NCBI GenBank assembly: GCA_951406725.2
Contig: OX597831.1
Span: 46,872,001 to 46,936,000, forward strand
Direction of reading: 5' to 3'
Origin: Octopus vulgaris
Taxonomy: Eukaryota
DNA length: 64,000 nucleotides
Shown: positions 58,601 to 64,000 of the stretch, in pieces
Layout of the letters: each line of letters opens with the position of its first letter
Numbering within the stretch: position 1 is the stretch's first letter
Position numbers and translations under genes: made by a program
Notes under the pieces: generated by a model
The model's input: only the letters and a program-made list of their open reading frames with translations
The model's database searches: none
What the model was told of the DNA's origin: nothing

Positions 58601-58912
58601 CAGATTTGTATGTTTTGTTTTATCTACGTATTCTCATGCATATAGTTTAATATGAGATGTTCATATATTTTTAAATGATAAACTTCTGGAAAGTTTACAG
58701 ATTTTTATAGTTCCAGTGATGGAATGGATCTGTAGTCTTCGAATTAGCTTTCTCTTTTCTGGTTTTGAGAAGCCTAATTTCTCAAGATTGTTATTTAGGC
58801 AGTGTGATACATATCCCAGGGCCTCAATAATTACAGGTACAAACCTGAAGTTGTAATCTGAATAGAGTAACTGCAGATTTCTCAGTAGTTCAGGATAGGT
58901 GTTCTCTTTTTG
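58600..58912 (-). mobile_element. 3' fragment of an RLE non-LTR retrotransposon running into (TACA)n
   Basis: KENTYPELLRNLQLLYSDYNFRFVPVIIEALGYV..LQIHSITGTIKICK resembles R4-type C-termini. Confidence 0.65.
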
Positions 58913-58956
58913 TACGTGTATGTGTGTGTATGCGCATACATGTATACACATATATA

Positions 58957-59280
58957 TGAAGGCGCGTGGCTTAGTGATTAAGGCATTCGGCTCGCGATCA
59001 TAAGTTCGCGAGCTCGATTCCCGGCAGCGTTTTGTATTCTAGGGTAAGAGACTTTATTTCACATTATTCCAGTCCAGTCAGCTAGCAAAAATAATTAGTA
59101 GCTTTATTTCAAGGGACCAGCCTTCTCACACTCTGTGTCACGCTGAATCTTCCTGAGAAGTATATGAAGAGGTACGTGTGTCTGTGAAGGGCTCAGCCAC
59201 TTGCACGTTAATCTCACGCGCAAGCTGTTCCGTTGATCGGATCAACTAGAAGCCTTGTCATCGTAAGCAACGGAGTGCCA
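58957..59280 (+). mobile_element. SINE family B-related, tail type 3
   Basis: tRNA-like head GAAGGCGCGTGGCTTAGTG; body matches 49740-49930. Confidence 0.75.
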
Positions 59281-59355
59281 GATATGCATACATGCATGCA
59301 TGCATGTATGAATATGCGACGGGCTAACTCAATTTCCGTCGTATATATGTATATA

Positions 59356-59558
59356 CTCTTTTATTCTTTACTCTTTTACTTGTTTCAGGCATTTGACTGC
59401 GGCCATGCTGGAGCACCGCCTTTAATCGAGCAACTCGGCCCCGGGACTTATTCTTTTGTAAGCCCAGTACTTATTCTATCGCTCCCTTTTGCCGAACCGC
59501 TAAGTAACGGTGACATAAACACACCAGCATCGGTTGTCAAGCAATGCTAGGGGGACAA

Positions 59559-59591
<33 letters not shown>

Positions 59592-60003
59592 CACACACAC
59601 ACGCATATATATATATACATATATACGACGGGCTTCTTTCAGTTTCCGTCTACCAAATCCACTCACAAGGCTTTGGTCGGCCCGAGGCTATAGTAGAAGA
59701 CACTTGCCCAAGGTGCCACGCAGTGGGACTGAACCCGGAACCATGTGGTTGGTAAACAAGCTATATATATGTATGTATGTGTGTGTGTATGCTTGTGTGT
59801 CTGTGTTTGTCCCCCCAACATCGCTTGACAACTGATGCTGGTGTGTTTATGTCCCCGTCACTTAGCGGTTCGGGAAAAAAAGAGACCGCTAGAATAAGCA
59901 CTAGGCTTACAAAGAATAAGTCCTGGGGTCGATTTGCTCGACTAAAGGCGGTGCTCCAGCATGGCCGCAGTCAGATCACTGAAACAAATTAAAGAATAAA
60001 AGA
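59356..60003. mobile_element. Family A SINE (-, 59356-59762) joined to an inverted 3' half (+, 59775-60003)
   Basis: 59370-59560 is the reverse complement of 59800-59995. Confidence 0.85.
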
Positions 60004-60879
60004 AACGAATAGATCACACGTTTGTGTGACTCCTGATTTGTTATTACTGCTGCTGCTGATAATGATGACGACGACGACGATGATGATAGAGATGATGATA
60101 ATGATTCTGCTATTTGTAGGTCAAGGGATGCGATACGCACCTGTAGGTGGTAGGGTGTCGGACGATTAAAATTGAATCAGACACGTGACATCATGACATG
60201 CGATGGCATCTCTCCACCTCCTTCATACCATCTTCATGCCTTCCCCTTCTGTCTATTCTAGTGCCTCACATCAATCACGTAAGCTTCTTATCAATTATAA
60301 CAACAAATTAAATAGGTGTAATATATGTGTGTGTGTACATGCATGTGTGTTTGAGAGCGCGCTTCTATGTATATGTATATGTATATGTGTGCATGCTGTG
60401 TGTATGTGTGTGTGTGTGTGTGTGTGTTCTATAGTTTCTGATGATTTAATTGTTTAAACTACCACGGTCAAGGCCATGATAAAGCATTCTGCTTGTGTGA
60501 GCGTACGTGTGTGTGTGTGTTTGTATTTGTGTGAGCGTGTGCATGTATATGTGTCTGTGTTATGTACGTGTTTGTTTCCACCAGATAAAAAGCTGTGTTG
60601 TTGTTTCTGCCGTTCTCCTTTTAGACCCGTAACTTAGAGGCTCGACAAAGAATATTGATAAGTACGAGACTGCAGTAGGAACTGAGTTCAGAAGATTATC
60701 CAAAATCTGTGAAAATGCCTCAGCATGGTCGCAGTCAAAAAACTGAAAGCAATGAAACAAGTACATATAAACACACACACACACGCGCACACACACACAC
60801 ACATGCACACACGCACACACGCACACACACACACGCACACACACATACACACATGCACACGTACGCACACACATATATA

Positions 60880-61109
60880 TTCTTTTATTTGTTTCAGTCA
60901 TTTGACTGGAGCCTTTTAGTCCAACAGATCGACTTATTCTTTGCAAGCCTAGTACTTATTCTATCGGTCTCTTTTGCCGAACCGCTAAATTACGGGAACG
61001 TAAACACTCCAAGTAATGGTGGGGACGGACGCACAAACATATACACACACACACACATACATACATACATACATACATACATACATACATACATACATAC
61101 ATACATACA

Positions 61110-61142
<33 letters not shown>

Positions 61143-61445
61143 TGGCCTGCTCGCTTAGCCAGTGGGGTGGCGTCATTTAAAGGCTAAAGCAATGCGAAGC
61201 GCATTATGACCAGCGATGTATAGCAACATCTGATAGCCTGGTCGATCATGGTGATCATGGTGGTGATATATATATAAATATATACGACGGGTTTCTTCAA
61301 GTTTCCATCTACCCGAGGCTATGGTAGAAGACACTTGCCCAAGGTGCCATGCAGTTGGACTGAAACCGGAACCGTGTGGTTAGATAGCAAGCTTCTTACC
61401 ACACAGCCACTCCTGCGCCTACCCACACTGCCATTCCTGCGCCTA
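60880..61445 (-). mobile_element. SINE family A interrupted by a family B tail fragment (61141-61267)
   Basis: Tail at 60880-60920, head at 61330-61445. Confidence 0.7.
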
Positions 61446-62425
61446 TATATATATATAAATTTTAAAATAGGATAACATCTTCATAAGAAATTATCAAGTA
61501 GTTAGCGTGAAAAAACCTCGTAAGAGAAAAATCTGTAAATTTTTTCAACTTGAAAATATTCATTTATATTATATAGGGGGCACTATTACACATAGATGCC
61601 GCACGCTAGGAGGGACTTTTCAAGTCAAAACTACCAAAATAAACAAATTGTACCGAATGCAATCTTCGAAGCGAGTCATTTAAAAACAGAATTTAGTTAC
61701 ATATCACCTGTGATTTCGCAATCAATGCAGTATATGCATTTTATATTCTATATATATATACAAGTCTCATGAAGTGCCACTTCATTGTCTAAATATCATG
61801 TAAATTTTCATTTCGAACTTTTGCGTAAACTGACGTTGAAAACAGAGTTGGTATAGAAACAATTGTAAGTAATCATTGAAGATGTAGTAAAGCATTTCTT
61901 TCTTTATTATTTTGATTATACACATGTGTGTGTATGTGTATGTGTGTGCGTGTGTGCGTGTGTACGCTTTGTCATTATGAAAAGTTATGTATAAAGACAT
62001 TCGAACATTAAGTTGTACATTAAGTTAACTGATTCGAAGTTTCAGATTAATTGCCGTCATCAGACCGTAACTAAGGTCGTTCATACCTTGTATATAGTTT
62101 TTTTTATAGCGTAAATGTCATCTGCTGGGTGGAGCAACGTTATTTGCAAATTAACTGCAGTGTGAATGTATTTGTAGGAATAAAGGGAAGTGATTGCATA
62201 TGAAGAGAAGGCAGAGTAAGAGGAGAAAAGTATGTGTTTATAGGGTGGAGCTGGAGAAAAAGGATAGTAAACATTTTTCTTTGTCAAAATGGTTGTGCTA
62301 GTTTGAGAGCGTCTCTTAGCTGGTTGTATATTTAGTGTTAGAGATTGTTGTTTATTAATATGTTGTTGTGTGTGTTCACTGGAGCATGTATGTAAAACCA
62401 GGCGAAGGGATATATATATATATAA

Positions 62426-62462
<37 letters not shown>

Positions 62463-62549
62463 GAGAGAGATTGTTTACACAATATGAATGTAGAAGCTTC
62501 GAAAATGGTGCAATAATTAGTGTTAAACTGTTTAATTCAAACTGTTAAA

Positions 62550-62605
<56 letters not shown>

Positions 62606-62610
<5 letters not shown>

Positions 62611-62738
62611 ATCCAAACATGAAAACACAATGAGAAAACACAACAACGCCAGGACGTGGAACAAGTATAGCATTATTGGACGCTCAGGAAAGAAGGAGGG
62701 TTTAACGTTTCGAGCGGAGCTCTTCGTCAGAAACATAG

Positions 62739-62742
<4 letters not shown>
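62606..62742 (-). mobile_element. Penelope-like family 1, third copy
   Basis: Matches 5851-5992; flanked by (TA)n and (CA)n. Confidence 0.75.
62700..62734 (-). ncRNA. Minimal type I hammerhead motif with canonical CTGACGA core
   Basis: Minus strand GTTT-CTGACGA-A-GAGC(TCC)GCTC-GAAACGT-T-AAAC. Confidence 0.7.
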
Positions 62743-62823
<81 letters not shown>

Positions 62824-62825
62824 CT

Positions 62826-63130
62826 TGTATAAAGATTTATACACAGTGAGAAGATCTTTGACGGGATTCTTTACATACTAAAAAGGGCAGTTAAAGCCCA
62901 AACCACGAAAAAGTGAATTCATAAGGCACGCGGTTAATGACACTAGAGTCAATAAAATTTTTTATTTCTTTGGCTATTAATAGTGAAACTCGAGTACAAG
63001 ATTAACTAATTCATATTTGTTCACTCTAGTGTCATTAACAGCGTACCTTATGAATTCTTTTTTTCGTGGTTTGGGCTTTAACTGCCCTTTTTAGCATGTA
63101 AGGAGTCTCTTGTGTATAAATCTTTATACA
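62826..63130. repeat. Foldback palindrome / long-TIR MITE
   Basis: Arms 62826-62949 and 63023-63130 are reverse complements around a 73-bp spacer. Confidence 0.85.
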
Positions 63131-63569
63131 CTCTTACATTTAAAAATATGTTATGTCTTGTGACTTTTATTACGCATGCTAACCATTGGTAATAAATTAT
63201 TTTAATTTAATTCCGGATGAAATAGAAGACAGGTATTATGTTGGGAGGAAAAGAGTGACAGAATGGATGAGTGAGTGTGTATGTGTATGTGTGTGTGTGC
63301 TTGCGCGCGCACGCGTCTTCACAGAACGATCAAGCGATCGTTTCAGTCTACAAAGGTATTTTCAAGAGCAATTAAAAATCCACTCTGTAAGTTGAACCGA
63401 TCATACTGAAGCATCTTGAATAATGTACGTACATACATACATACATACATACATACATACATACATACATACATACACACATACATACATACATACACAC
63501 ATACATACATACATACATACATACATACATACATACATACATACATACATACATACATACATACATTCA

Positions 63570-63611
<42 letters not shown>

Positions 63612-63649
63612 GAGAGAGAGAGAGAGAGAGAGAGAATAAGAGAGGGTAG

Positions 63650-63661
63650 ACAGACAGACAT

Positions 63662-63727
<66 letters not shown>

Positions 63728-63864
63728 TGGATAGACAGATAGATAGATGGATGGATAGACAGATAGATAGATGGATGGATGGATAGACAGATAGATAGAT
63801 GGATGGATAGACAGATAGATAGATGGATGGATGGATGGATGGATAGACAGACGGATAGATAAAT

Positions 63865-63934
<70 letters not shown>

Positions 63935-63938
63935 TAGA

Positions 63939-63986
<48 letters not shown>

Positions 63987-64000
63987 TAGATAGATAGATA
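63650..64000. repeat. (GATA)/(GACA)/(GATG) compound microsatellite
   Basis: Direct reading. Confidence 0.97.

Overview
AT-rich, microsatellite-saturated eukaryotic DNA with no recognisable host protein-coding exon, so probably intronic or intergenic. The repeat complement suggests an octopus/cephalopod genome (inference from SINE types; no database search was run). Nearly all supplied ORFs are translations of simple repeats. The real content is mobile DNA: three tRNA-derived SINE families (A: CORE-like with an internal microsatellite and a CR1-type tail; B: tRNA-Arg-like head with interchangeable tails; C: Meta-domain-like with tandem ~180-bp units), LINE fragments (CR1-like, jockey/L2-like, Tx1/L1-like, several R4/Dong-like), mariner/Tc1/pogo relics and MITEs, and a Helitron and a Helentron-type element. 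The most notable hidden signal is a set of small type I hammerhead ribozyme motifs in at least four unrelated short elements sitting in or beside simple repeats (Penelope-like/retrozyme-like), three of them with a CCGANGA (U4C) core. Other highlights: a LINE/SINE 3' hairpin with compensatory changes, two near-perfect 4-copy arrays of 144 and 152 bp, a Helitron whose empty site survives in a neighbouring inverted duplicate, and a locally templated insert at a SINE 5' junction. Coordinates were read by eye; element boundaries are approximate.
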